In this document: positions 29,087 to 38,399 of the stretch, in pieces
Numbering within the stretch: position 1 is the stretch's first letter
Layout: each line of letters opens with the position of its first letter
Assembly (NCBI GenBank): GCA_963730185.1
Contig: CAVSQW010000014.1
Location: 224,001-288,000 of the forward strand
Reading direction: 5' to 3'
From: an uncultured Gemmatimonadales bacterium
GTDB taxonomy: Bacteria > Gemmatimonadota > Gemmatimonadetes > Gemmatimonadales > GWC2-71-9
Length of the DNA stretch: 64,000 nucleotides
Made by a program: the position numbers and the translations under genes
Notes under the pieces: generated by a model
What the model was told of the DNA's origin: nothing
What the model saw: only the letters and a program-made list of their open reading frames with translations
The model's database searches: none

Positions 29087-30673
29087 ATGGGCCCGGTCGG
29101 GAGTCGTCCCGGCGCGAGATGGCAGCTCTGGATTTCGGCCAGCGTCGCGTTCGTGGCGAGCGGCTGTACCCTGGTCATCGAGTTGGTCGCAGGTCGCATC
29201 CTGGCGCCGTTTGTCGGGGTTTCCCTTTACACCTGGACGAGCATCATCGGGGTCGTGCTGGCGGCCTTGAGCGCGGGTGCGCTGGCGGGTGGCCGCCTCG
29301 CGGACCGAGTGCCTCGCAACGAAAGTCTCGGTTGGTTGCTGATCGGTTCCGGGCTGGCGGCCCTGGTGGTGGTGCCGATGGTCCGATGGCTCGGTCCAGT
29401 GCCGTTGGCCACCAGCCTCATGCTTCGGATCACGATCCTCACGGCGTTCGTGTTTTTCGCCCCCTGCTTTCTCTTGGGGGCGATCACCCCGGTGGCGATC
29501 CGTCTCGCGGTCCGAGACCTGGACGCCACCGGATCGATCGTGGGTCGCATCACCGCCCTGTCGACGCTGGGCGCCATCGTCGGGACGTTTGCGACGGGCT
29601 TCGTCCTCATCTCGCATTTTGGAACGCGGAGCATCCTTCTCGGGATCGCCGCTGGGCTGACGGGGTTGGGGCTCTGCGCGGTTGGGATCGCGCGCCCGGC
29701 CCGACGACACCGCCTCGCGGGCCTCCTGCTCGTTCCTGTCGTCTTCGGCCTCGCCGGGAGCGCCCGAACGTCGTCCTGGCTTGCGGCCCGCGATCGGGGT
29801 GCCGAGCTGGTTGAGGAGAGCAACTACTTCACCATCGAGCTCGACGAATACACCCGCGCAGACGGGCGGGGACCGCTGCAGGTCTTGAGTCTCGATCACC
29901 TGATCCACTCGTACACGGATGTCCGGGACCCGACCTTTCTGGTATACGACTACCTGCAAGGGGTGGCGGACCTGGTCACGGTCTGGAGTAGGGGCGCGGG
30001 TGGGCGGGGGCCGCGATCCCTCTTTCTGGGTGGTGGGGGGTACACCTTCCCGCGCTACCTCGAGGCGCGGTACCCGGGCAATCCGATCGACGTCGTCGAG
30101 ATCGACCCCGCCGTGACCCGCGTGGCGACCGACCACCTCGGCCTCGGCGCCAGTACAGCGATCCGCACCATCAACGAAGATGCTCGCTGGTTCGTCTCTC
30201 ACTTCGACGGCCGACCCTACGATTTGATCGTCGTCGACGTCTTCAACGACCTGGCGGTCCCCTATCACGTGGCCACTCTCGAGTTCTACCAGCGCCTTCG
30301 GGAGCTGCTGACGCCTCGGGGCGTCCTCGTGGTCCACGTCTTGGACCGGTTCGATTCCGGTCAGTTCCTCCCGGCCGTCGCCTTCACGATCCGGCGGGCA
30401 TTTGGCCGCGAGCGCACGATGCTCTGGGCCCACGAACGATCGGGGCGCCGCGACTTGCGTGACAGCTATCTCGTCCTCGCCACTCGACGTGACCAGGTGG
30501 CCGGTGACCTGACGCGGCGCCTCCGCGGGTGCGCTCCCTGCCGGCATCGGGGGAGGGTGCTGAGCCGGCCAGAACTGGGGGCGTTCCTGACCGCCCGCCG
30601 TCCGATCCTGCTCACCGACGACTTCGCGCCGGTGGACCGGCTGGTCTTGTCGCTCTTCGACGCCACCTGGTAA
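29087..30673 (+). CDS. Fused membrane (MFS-like) / spermidine-synthase-like SAM-dependent protein
   Basis: ELVAGRILAPFVGVSLYTW, GAIVGTFATGF, LGGGGY, VVEIDP, DAR, YDLIVVD, LTDDFAPVD; alternative start at 29048. Confidence 0.88.
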   Translation: MGPVGSRPGARWQLWISASVAFVASGCTLVIELVAGRILAPFVGVSLYTWTSIIGVVLAALSAGALAGGRLADRVPRNESLGWLLIGSGLAALVVVPMVRWLGPVPLATSLMLRITILTAFVFFAPCFLLGAITPVAIRLAVRDLDATGSIVGRITALSTLGAIVGTFATGFVLISHFGTRSILLGIAAGLTGLGLCAVGIARPARRHRLAGLLLVPVVFGLAGSARTSSWLAARDRGAELVEESNYFTIELDEYTRADGRGPLQVLSLDHLIHSYTDVRDPTFLVYDYLQGVADLVTVWSRGAGGRGPRSLFLGGGGYTFPRYLEARYPGNPIDVVEIDPAVTRVATDHLGLGASTAIRTINEDARWFVSHFDGRPYDLIVVDVFNDLAVPYHVATLEFYQRLRELLTPRGVLVVHVLDRFDSGQFLPAVAFTIRRAFGRERTMLWAHERSGRRDLRDSYLVLATRRDQVAGDLTRRLRGCAPCRHRGRVLSRPELGAFLTARRPILLTDDFAPVDRLVLSLFDATW

Positions 30674-30741
30674 CCACTCCGCCAAGCCGGCCCGTTGGGG
30701 AGACGCAGTTGGCGCCGGCGCCCACCTCAGGGAGGCCTCTC

Positions 30742-31257
30742 ATGCCACGGATGAACACCATCTCGCTCGCCACGATCGTGCTGTTCTCTGCCGCCGCGAC
30801 GCCGCCGCGCCCGGCCCCCTGGGCCTGTCAGGTGGTCGTCGAGTCGAGCTGGGGACGCCGGGCCTATGCCTGCGGCAAGTACAAGGAACGGTTGTTCCTG
30901 CCGCTGGAGGCCGTAGCGGAACTGGTGTCCGGCGGTCGCACCCTCGAGCCCGGCTTGGCGCTCCGTCCTCCAACGCTGCTCGCGATTCCCGCGATGGATG
31001 GCTCGGACAAGGATGCCAAGGTGGAGGGGGCCTGGCTCCAGCTCAACCCGAAGCTGGCGGCGGCCGGACGCTCGGTGGTGATCAGCTCGGGTGTGGTTCA
31101 GGCCGAGGGGCAGGCCTGGGTCCCGGTCGACGACTTCGCTCGGGCGACGGGGGCACCTGTGCGATCGGATTCCCGCGAGCTCGCCGAGATCCAGGTCACC
31201 CACGTCGCGATCCCGCGCCAATGTGAGAGGTGCCCGTTGGTGACGACGATGCGGTAG
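30742..31257 (+). CDS. Secreted hypothetical protein with four Cys
   Basis: GGAGG RBS, signal-like N-terminus, internal repeat LFLPLEAVAE / WVPVDDFARA, C-terminal CERC. Confidence 0.65.
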   Translation: MPRMNTISLATIVLFSAAATPPRPAPWACQVVVESSWGRRAYACGKYKERLFLPLEAVAELVSGGRTLEPGLALRPPTLLAIPAMDGSDKDAKVEGAWLQLNPKLAAAGRSVVISSGVVQAEGQAWVPVDDFARATGAPVRSDSRELAEIQVTHVAIPRQCERCPLVTTMR

Positions 31258-31311
31258 TACGGGGTAGCCTTGCCGCGTGGCGTGCGAGTTGGCGGAACCT
31301 GACGGGTCCGC

Positions 31312-32163
31312 CTACCGGAGCGCCTCCTCCAGCGCCGTGGCCCGGTCGGTCTTCGCGTCCCGGTACTTCACGATCACCGGGGTGTACACCGAAATCCCCT
31401 CCCGGGCCCCGGCCCCCTGTTTGACCGGACGCGATCCCGGCACCACCACCGCGCCGGCCGGAATCTCGAGCGGCGCGGTGCCCTCCCGCCGGTAGACCGC
31501 GTCTCGGACCAGGTCGTACACCGGCGTCGCCCCGGTCAGGATCGTGCCCGGCGCCAGCACCGCCCGCTCCCGGACGATCGTCCCTTCGTACACCCCGCAG
31601 TTACCACCCACCAGGACGTCGTCTTCGATGATCACCGGCAAGGCGCCCACCGGTTCCAGCACCCCGCCGACCTGTGCTGCCGCGGAGAGGTGAACCCGCT
31701 TCCCGATCTGGGCGCACGAGCCGACCAGCGCGTGGCTGTCGATCATCGTGCCCTCGCCCACCCAGGCGCCGGTGTTGACGTACATCGGCGGCATGCAGAC
31801 CACGCCGCTCGCCAGATAGGCGCCGGCCCGGACCGACGAGCCGCCCGGCACCACCCGCACGCCGGCCCCCGGATGGAGCCGCTGGATCGGATAGGTGTCC
31901 TTGTCGACGAACCCGAACGGGGGGCTCGACTCCACCGCCTCGGTCCGGCCCAGGCGGAATCCGAGGAGGATGCCGAGCTTGACCCAACCGTTGACCGTCC
32001 AGCGGCCGTCGGCCTGACGCTCGGCGGCGCGGACCTGTCCGCTCTCGAGGGCGTCGCGCAGCCGCTCGAAGGCGGTCCGGGCGGCGCCCGCCTCGGCCGG
32101 CTCGAACCCGGCGGCGTAGCGCTCGATGTCGGCCTGGAGCGATTTCGGATCGTGGACTCTCAT
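31312..32163 (-). CDS. dapD: Tetrahydrodipicolinate N-succinyltransferase
   Basis: [39 protein letters not shown]. Confidence 0.95.
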   Translation of the reverse strand: MRVHDPKSLQADIERYAAGFEPAEAGAARTAFERLRDALESGQVRAAERQADGRWTVNGWVKLGILLGFRLGRTEAVESSPPFGFVDKDTYPIQRLHPGAGVRVVPGGSSVRAGAYLASGVVCMPPMYVNTGAWVGEGTMIDSHALVGSCAQIGKRVHLSAAAQVGGVLEPVGALPVIIEDDVLVGGNCGVYEGTIVRERAVLAPGTILTGATPVYDLVRDAVYRREGTAPLEIPAGAVVVPGSRPVKQGAGAREGISVYTPVIVKYRDAKTDRATALEEALR

Positions 32164-33053
32164 CGGGCCCCGACCTCCACGCCGGCCAGCCCGAGGGCCC
32201 GGGCCAGCATCGCTTCGGTGCTGGCGGCGACCGTGACCAGCGGAAGCCGGACGGTGTTGGTGATCCGGCCCATCAGGGCCAACGCGGCCTTGGCGGGCGA
32301 GGGATTGGTCTCCATGAAGTTGGCGTCGATCAGGGGCTGGACCCGGAAATGCAGCTCGCGGGCCCGGGGCAGGTCGCTCTGCCGGGCCGCGGCCACGAGG
32401 TCGGCCATCAGCCGGGGAACCTCGTTGGAGACGACCGAGATCAGGCCCTCTCCGCCTAACGCGATCACCGCCAGCGCCATCGCGTCATCGCCCGAGAGCA
32501 CGTCGAACCCGTCGGGCCGCTCGGCCAGGACGTGGGCGATCTGATTGAGGTCGCCGCTCGCCTCCTTGACCGCCACGACGTTGGGATGGCTCCCGACCCG
32601 GAGGGTCGTGCGGGCCTGCATGTTGACGGCGGTACGGCCCGGCACGTTGTAGACGATGAGGGGCTTGGAGGCGGCGTCGGCGATGGTCTGGAAGTGGCGC
32701 TCGAGACCGAGCTGGGTGGGCTTGTTGTAGGGCGGGGTGGCCGACATCACGCCGTCCACCCCGAGGCCACACAGGAGACGGACCTCGTCGACGACCGCTT
32801 GGGTGCTCGAGCTGGTGGACCCGGCCACGACCGGCACCCGGCCGCCGGCCCTGGCCACCACCGTCGAGACGACCAGAACTCGTTCTTCCTGAGTGAGCGT
32901 GGCGGCTTCTCCGGTGGAACCGCAGGGCACCAGGAAGTCGATCCCCTGCTCGATCTGGAAGTCCACCAACTGGTTGAGCGCGTCGACGTCGACCGCGCCG
33001 CCCTCGGTCATCGGGGTCACCAGCGCGGTCCCGCACCCACGAAAGGTCGTCAT
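32160..33053 (-). CDS. dapA: 4-hydroxy-tetrahydrodipicolinate synthase
   Basis: GSTGE, PPYNKP, YNVPGRT, VKEASG, LSGDD, ETNP. Confidence 0.96.
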   Translation of the reverse strand: MTTFRGCGTALVTPMTEGGAVDVDALNQLVDFQIEQGIDFLVPCGSTGEAATLTQEERVLVVSTVVARAGGRVPVVAGSTSSSTQAVVDEVRLLCGLGVDGVMSATPPYNKPTQLGLERHFQTIADAASKPLIVYNVPGRTAVNMQARTTLRVGSHPNVVAVKEASGDLNQIAHVLAERPDGFDVLSGDDAMALAVIALGGEGLISVVSNEVPRLMADLVAAARQSDLPRARELHFRVQPLIDANFMETNPSPAKAALALMGRITNTVRLPLVTVAASTEAMLARALGLAGVEVGAR

Positions 33054-33748
33054 GCGTCCGCTCCTCTGAGCACGTCCTGGAAGGTGAAGACGCCCCGCCG
33101 CCCCACCAGCCACTCGGCCGCGGTGACCGCGCCGGCCGCGAAGACCCGCCGGTCGCGGACCGCGTGGGTGAGGGTGAGCGTCTCGAACTCGCCGTCGATG
33201 GACAATCGGTGGGTCCCCGGGATCCAGCCCAGCCGCTCCGAGGTGATGGGGTATGCGCGGCCGGGATCGACGCCGCGGAGCGCCGCCTGGATGGCCAGCG
33301 CGGTGCCCGACGGGGCGTCGACCTTCTTCCGATGGTGCTGCTCGAACAGGCCGGCGTCGAGCTCCGGCCGGTTGGCCAGGCGGGCGCCTAACGTTCGGGC
33401 GGCTTCGAGCAGGAGTTGGAGACCGAGAGAGAAGTTGGCGGCGTGGAGGAGGGTGCCGCCCTGCGACTGCGCCAGCGAGGTGAGCCGGGGGAGGTCGGCT
33501 CCCCAGCCGGTGGTGCCGGTCACGACCGGGATCCCGAGCCCGATCAGCCGCTCCAGGTTGGCGACGACCGTGTCCGGCCGGGTGAACTCGACGATGACTT
33601 CCGCGGCCGCCAGCCGCTCGCGAGTCAGCCCGGTGCCGTTCGGGTTGTCGGTCCGGCCGATCCGGGCCACGACCTCGTGGCCGCGGGCGGCGGCTTCGGT
33701 CGCCACCGCCTGCCCCATCCGCCCGGTGCCCACGATGGCGATCCGCAT
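33050..33748 (-). CDS. dapB: 4-hydroxy-tetrahydrodipicolinate reductase
   Basis: GTGRMG, GTTGW, ANFSLG, EQHHRKKVDAPSGTA. Confidence 0.95.
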   Translation of the reverse strand: MRIAIVGTGRMGQAVATEAAARGHEVVARIGRTDNPNGTGLTRERLAAAEVIVEFTRPDTVVANLERLIGLGIPVVTGTTGWGADLPRLTSLAQSQGGTLLHAANFSLGLQLLLEAARTLGARLANRPELDAGLFEQHHRKKVDAPSGTALAIQAALRGVDPGRAYPITSERLGWIPGTHRLSIDGEFETLTLTHAVRDRRVFAAGAVTAAEWLVGRRGVFTFQDVLRGADA

Positions 33749-33749
33749 C

Positions 33750-35108
33750 TCAGGCGGCCTCCCGTCCGAAGAACTCGTCGTGGAGGAGCCGGACCGCGGT
33801 CGGTCCGTCCTCCTCCTTGACCACCAGGGTCACGTTGATCTCCGAGGCGCCCTGCGAGATCATCTCGACGTTGATTCCCCGGATGGCGTTGAAGATCCGC
33901 CCGGAGAGCCCCTTGGTGCCTCGGAGACCGACCCCCACCACCGCGACGATGGCGCGGTGCTCGTGGATCGTCACTTCGCCCAGCCGGGCCAGCTCGGCCG
34001 CGATCGGACCGACGTGGCTCGGGTCGTCGAGGGTGAGCGAGACGTTGATCTCGCTGGTGGCCACCACGTCGACCGAGGCCCGGTAGCGCTCCACGATCTC
34101 GAAGAGCTGTCGCATGAAACCGACCGCGCCGAGCATCCGGGCGGCCCGGACGTTGACGACGGTGACGCCCTTCTTCCAGGAGATCGCCCGGACCGGCGAC
34201 TCGCCGACGGGCTCGGGCCGGACGCCCGACAGCACCGACGTGCCCGGCCGGTCGGGCGCAAAGCTGTTGAGCACGATGCAGGGAATTTTCGCCTCCACGA
34301 GGGGCGCTTGGGTAGCGGGATGAAGGACCTTCGCGCCGAAGGTGGCCAGCTCGGCCGCCTCGACGTGGCTGGCGACCGGGAGGACCCGGGCGCCGGGGAC
34401 GATTCGCGGGTCGGCAGTCATGATCCCGTCGACGTCGGTCCAGATTTCCACCCGGGCCGCGCCTAACGCCGAGCCCAGGAGGGCGGCGGTGTAGTCGGAG
34501 CCGCCCCGGCCGAGGGTGGTGGCGCGGCCGTCGGCGGTCACGCCGAGAAACCCCTGGGTCACCGGGACCCGGCCCGCATCGAGCAGCGGGGTGAACACCG
34601 CCGGCGCGAGCCGTCCGATGGCCGCCAGGTCGGGGATGGCCCGGGTGAACTCGTCGTTGGTCCGGATCGCCCGGGTCACGTCGACCCACTCGGCGGGGAC
34701 CCCACGGGCCTGGAGCGCCGCGGCCACCAGCCACGAGCTCCAGAGCTCGCCCCGGCGGACCAGCTCGTCCCGGTCGGCGGGCCCCAGGGTCCGCCCGACC
34801 CGCTCGCCCAGCCACTGCCGGAAGAGCATCGCCTCGGCCACGATCGGGCCGACCGCGTCGGCCGGGAGGCCGAGCTCGGCCGCGGTCCGCTCGTGGCGCG
34901 CCACCAGCTCGCCGACCTGCGACTCGACCGGGGCGCCATCGCCCTCGGCCAGCAGGCCCACGATCCGGAGGAGCGCGTCCGTCATGCCCGAGAGGGCGGA
35001 TACCACCACCAGCGGCCGCTCGGCCTGGCGGCCCCGGACGATCTCCACCAACCGGCCGATCGCGTCGGCGGTGCCGACCGAAGTCCCGCCGAACTTGCAG
35101 ACGATCAT
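33750..35108 (-). CDS. lysC: Aspartate kinase with two ACT domains
   Basis: KFGGTSV, TLGRGGSDY, IWTDVDG, FGAKVLHP, SQGASEIN. Confidence 0.96.
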   Translation of the reverse strand: MIVCKFGGTSVGTADAIGRLVEIVRGRQAERPLVVVSALSGMTDALLRIVGLLAEGDGAPVESQVGELVARHERTAAELGLPADAVGPIVAEAMLFRQWLGERVGRTLGPADRDELVRRGELWSSWLVAAALQARGVPAEWVDVTRAIRTNDEFTRAIPDLAAIGRLAPAVFTPLLDAGRVPVTQGFLGVTADGRATTLGRGGSDYTAALLGSALGAARVEIWTDVDGIMTADPRIVPGARVLPVASHVEAAELATFGAKVLHPATQAPLVEAKIPCIVLNSFAPDRPGTSVLSGVRPEPVGESPVRAISWKKGVTVVNVRAARMLGAVGFMRQLFEIVERYRASVDVVATSEINVSLTLDDPSHVGPIAAELARLGEVTIHEHRAIVAVVGVGLRGTKGLSGRIFNAIRGINVEMISQGASEINVTLVVKEEDGPTAVRLLHDEFFGREAA

Positions 35109-36157
35109 TGCTTTACCTCGCCGGAGGCCACCAGCAGCTCGGCGTTCTGGATCGCGGCCCCGGCGGCGCCCCGGACGGTGTTGTGGCTCAACACCACGAA
35201 CCTGAGGTCGAGCAGCGGACAGGGCCGGAGCCGGCCGACGGTCGCGGTCATCCCGGCGCCCCGGTCCCGGTCCAGAAGCGGCTGGGGCCGGTCGGGCCGG
35301 TCGTCGAGCTCCAGGGGCCGGGCCGGCGTGCTGGGCAGCGCCGCCACCTTGGGATCGGGACGCCAGGACGCGATCGCCGCGCGGGCCTCGTCCACCGTGG
35401 CCGGGCGAGCCAGCCCGACGGAGACGGTCTCCGTGTGCCCGTCGTGCACCGCCACTCGGTTGCAGTGGACGCTGGAGACGATCTCGGCCTCCCGGATGGC
35501 GTCGCCCGCCAAGTGGCCGAGGATCTTCCGGGTTTCCTGGGCGACCTTCTCCTCCTCGCCCTTGATGAACGGGATCACGTTGCCAAGGATGTCGAGCGAC
35601 GCCACCCCGGGCCAGCCGGCCCCGGAGATGGCCTGCATGGTCGAGACGAACACCCGGTTCACGCCGAAGGCCCGGTGCAGGGGCGCCAGGGCTACCACCA
35701 GCCCGGCGGTGGTGCAGTTGGGGTTGGCCACGATCGCGCCGGGCCAGCCCTTGGCCTTCCGCTGGGCTGCCAGCAGCCCCACGTGTCCCGGGTTCACCTC
35801 GGGCACCAGGAGCGGGACGGCCGGGTCCATCCGGTACGGGGCGGCGTTGGTGACCACCGCGGCGCCGGCCTCGGCCCAGACCGGCTCGATCGGCCCGGCC
35901 GCGGCGGTGTCGAGCGCCGAGAACGCCACGGCCACCTCGACCGGCCGATCGCTCGGCAGAACGACCAGATCGGCCACGGCCTCGGGGATTGGGACCGGCT
36001 CCCGCCAATGGGCGGCGTCCGCGTAGCGCTTGCCCGCGCTCTGGGGCGAGGCGGTCACGACGGTGACCTGGAACCAGGGGTGGTTGGCGAGCAGACGGAT
36101 GAACTTCTGGCCGACCGTGCCGGTGGCGCCGAGCACCGCGACGGGAAGACGGCTCAT
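35105..36157 (-). CDS. asd: Aspartate-semialdehyde dehydrogenase (archaeal/fungal-like type)
   Basis: GATGTVGQ, NPNCTT, MQAISGAG, NVIPFI..EEEK, SHNTVRGAAG. Confidence 0.95.
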   Translation of the reverse strand: MSRLPVAVLGATGTVGQKFIRLLANHPWFQVTVVTASPQSAGKRYADAAHWREPVPIPEAVADLVVLPSDRPVEVAVAFSALDTAAAGPIEPVWAEAGAAVVTNAAPYRMDPAVPLLVPEVNPGHVGLLAAQRKAKGWPGAIVANPNCTTAGLVVALAPLHRAFGVNRVFVSTMQAISGAGWPGVASLDILGNVIPFIKGEEEKVAQETRKILGHLAGDAIREAEIVSSVHCNRVAVHDGHTETVSVGLARPATVDEARAAIASWRPDPKVAALPSTPARPLELDDRPDRPQPLLDRDRGAGMTATVGRLRPCPLLDLRFVVLSHNTVRGAAGAAIQNAELLVASGEVKQ

Positions 36158-37158
36158 CGGGCGGCCTCCTGGGCCAGGAGCTGCTGGGCGAGCTTCACGT
36201 ACTGGTCCACTCCGTCCCGGATCTCGGCTTTCCGGATCCGCTCGTTGGCGGTGTGGGCGACGAGGATGGTGCCGGGACCCATCTGGTACCCGACCCCGAA
36301 GCTGGGAAGATGGGGGAGGTCGGAGGCGAAGCTCACGACGGTGGTCTCCCATCCGTCGGGCGCTGGGGCCCGGACCGACGGCGTTTCGAAGACGCTGATG
36401 GCGGTGACCCCCGGGGCCAGGCAGCCGGCCACCGCCCGGTGCAGCGGCGCCGTGTCGCCTACGGTGCGGAAGAAGAGCTGAGCTTCAGCCGCCGGCGGGA
36501 TCACGTTCACCGCGACCCCGCCCGAGATGGTGCCGATGTTGAGCGTCCAGGGGCCGAGCAGCGGATCGGGAGGCAGGTCGACCTTCCGGATCCGCTCGAT
36601 GGTGTCGAGAAGCGCGTCGACCGCGGAGTGCCCCTGCTCGGGATAGGCCGAGTGGGCGGCCTTGCCCCGGGCCTCGAGCCGGATGAGGAGGGCGCCCTTT
36701 TGACCGACGGAAAGTCGGTTCTCGGTCGGCTCGCCGTTGATCAGATAGCGACCCCGGGGCTCGAGCGCGTCGGCCGCCTTCGCGCCGTCGGAGCCGACCT
36801 CCTCACCCACCGTGAAGAGGAGAGCGATCCGCCGCTCGCCCCGGGCCCGGAGCCGCTCGGCGGCGGCGATCATCGTCGCCGCGACGCCTTTGGCGTCGCA
36901 GACACCCCGTCCGTAGAGCCACTCGTCGTCCTCGGACAGAGGAAGCTCGGGCGGGACCACGTCGAGGTGGGTGGAGAACACCACCACCGGCGGGTCGAGG
37001 ACGGCAAAGACATTGTGCCGGCCCGGGCTGACCGGTTGGCGAGTGACCGTCCAGCCGGCCTCGGCCAACCTGCCGGCCACGAGGTCGACGACGGCCGCCT
37101 CCTCGCCACTCGGCGAGTAGACGGCACAGAGTTCTCGGGTGAGTTCGATCGGGTCCAT
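36154..37158 (-). CDS. M20 metallo-amidohydrolase (ArgE/DapE-like), probable succinyl-DAP desuccinylase by context
   Basis: STHLDVVP, GRGVCDAKG, GEEVG, GEPT, AHSAYP, AHTANE; first gene of the overlapping dap operon. Confidence 0.85.
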   Translation of the reverse strand: MDPIELTRELCAVYSPSGEEAAVVDLVAGRLAEAGWTVTRQPVSPGRHNVFAVLDPPVVVFSTHLDVVPPELPLSEDDEWLYGRGVCDAKGVAATMIAAAERLRARGERRIALLFTVGEEVGSDGAKAADALEPRGRYLINGEPTENRLSVGQKGALLIRLEARGKAAHSAYPEQGHSAVDALLDTIERIRKVDLPPDPLLGPWTLNIGTISGGVAVNVIPPAAEAQLFFRTVGDTAPLHRAVAGCLAPGVTAISVFETPSVRAPAPDGWETTVVSFASDLPHLPSFGVGYQMGPGTILVAHTANERIRKAEIRDGVDQYVKLAQQLLAQEAAR

Positions 37159-37159
37159 A

Positions 37160-37195
37160 ACGAAAATGCCCCGCGCACGGTCGGTGCGGCGGGGC
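37160..37195 (-). terminator. Intrinsic (attenuator) terminator directly before the M20 start codon
   Basis: GCCCCG-C-CGCAC/CGACC/GTGCG-CGGGGC hairpin followed by ATTTTCGTT. Confidence 0.75.
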
Positions 37196-37222
37196 CTCGG
37201 TCGTGGTGATGGCGCTTTCGCG

Positions 37223-37336
37223 CTACGACGCCCGAACCCCGCCTCGACCAGTGCGCTTGGGCATGGCCTTCGACGTGCCGCCGGCCTTGAGGCCGTCGGT
37301 GACGACATGCGGGGTAGTGGACGTGACGCGATTCAT
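37223..37336 (-). CDS. Putative attenuator leader peptide of the DAP/lysine operon (37 aa)
   Basis: MNRVTSTTPHVVTDGLKAGGTSKAMPKRTGRGGVRAS; 6 Thr, 3 Lys, 1 internal Met; 3' end complementary to the terminator arm; alternative ATG at 37345. Confidence 0.7.
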   Translation of the reverse strand: MNRVTSTTPHVVTDGLKAGGTSKAMPKRTGRGGVRAS

Positions 37337-37345
37337 GACGCGCAT

Positions 37346-37374
37346 AAGCTAGGGGTCCGTGTCGTTCGAAACAA
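37346..37374 (-). promoter_or_regulatory. Sigma70-type promoter for the dap leader
   Basis: TTGTTT-17 nt-TAGCTT; the -10 box begins with the terC TAG stop. Confidence 0.6.
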
Positions 37375-38296
37375 GGCCACGTGCACGACGAGCCTTCCGG
37401 ACCGAGAGCAGGATGGCCACCACCAGGATCGTGAGGATCACACCCAGCGACAGGGCCACCGGCGGATGGAGCCAGGCGCTGAGCAGCATCTTGACCCCGA
37501 CGAAGCCGAGGATGACCGCGACGCCCGGCTTGAGGTAGACGAACCGTTTCATCAGGTCCGCCAGCACGAAGAACATCGCCCGGAGCCCGAGGACCGCGAA
37601 GATGTTCGAGCTGAAGACGATGAAGGGGTCGCGGGTGACCGAGAAGATCGCCGGGATGCTGTCGATCGCGAAGGTGACGTCGCTCCACTCCACCACCAGG
37701 AGCACCAGGACCAGGGGGGTGGCCAGGAGCCCGGTCGAGCGCTTGATCAGGAAGGCGTCGTCGTGATAGCGCTTGGTGATGGGAAGGACCCGCCGGGCCA
37801 GCCGGACCAGGGGGTTCCGTTCCGGGGCGACCTGGATGTCCTCGTCGCGGAGCATCCTGACCGCGGTGAACACCAGGACCGCGCCGAGGAGGTAGATGAT
37901 CCACTCGAACCGGGCCAGGAGCACCACGCCCGCGAGGACCATGAAGCCGCGGAGCACGATCGCGGTCACTACCCCCCACATCAGGACCCGGGTCTGGGAC
38001 GCGGTGGGCACGGCGAAGTAGCGGAAGATCAGCAGGAAGACGAACAGGTTGTCGACCGAGAGCGAGAGCTCGATCAGGTAGCCGGCGTAGTACTCGAGGG
38101 CCTTCTGCGGACCCCCCACCAGGAACACGTAGCCGCCGAACAGGAGCGCTGCCGCCACCACGGCGACGGTCCACCGGGCGAGCGTCCGGGTGCCGTGCGA
38201 CGCGCGCGCCCGTCCGATCACGAACAGGTCGACGACCAGGAGGCCGGCGATCAGGGCGCCGAAGACGGCCCAGATCGCCGGGTGGTGACTGGTCAA
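37349..38296 (-). CDS. terC: TerC/Alx family metal (Mn) homeostasis membrane protein
   Basis: ELSLSVDNLFVF, DVTFAIDSIPAIF, FSSNIFAVLGLR, FVGVKML; TTG start. Confidence 0.93.
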   Translation of the reverse strand: MTSHHPAIWAVFGALIAGLLVVDLFVIGRARASHGTRTLARWTVAVVAAALLFGGYVFLVGGPQKALEYYAGYLIELSLSVDNLFVFLLIFRYFAVPTASQTRVLMWGVVTAIVLRGFMVLAGVVLLARFEWIIYLLGAVLVFTAVRMLRDEDIQVAPERNPLVRLARRVLPITKRYHDDAFLIKRSTGLLATPLVLVLLVVEWSDVTFAIDSIPAIFSVTRDPFIVFSSNIFAVLGLRAMFFVLADLMKRFVYLKPGVAVILGFVGVKMLLSAWLHPPVALSLGVILTILVVAILLSVRKARRARGLVSNDTDP

Positions 38297-38373
38297 TCAG
38301 CGTCCGAGGATCGAGCCATCAGCCGCGCGATCCGTTCCTCGGTCGGCGGGTGGAACGTCTTGACGTTGTTCAT
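38293..38373 (-). CDS. 26-aa uORF between the riboswitch and terC
   Basis: GGGAGG RBS; MNNVKTFHPPTEERIARLMARSSDAD; TGA overlaps terC TTG (TTGA). Confidence 0.6.
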   Translation of the reverse strand: MNNVKTFHPPTEERIARLMARSSDAD

Positions 38374-38399
38374 GTCGTCCTCCCGAACCTCCCGGTGCG

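Noticed and set aside
37160..37345. Lysine riboswitch or T-box upstream of the dap operon
   Set aside because: No L-box (AGAGGUGC) or T-box (AGGGUGGNACCGCG) signature seen; the leader-peptide model fits better.
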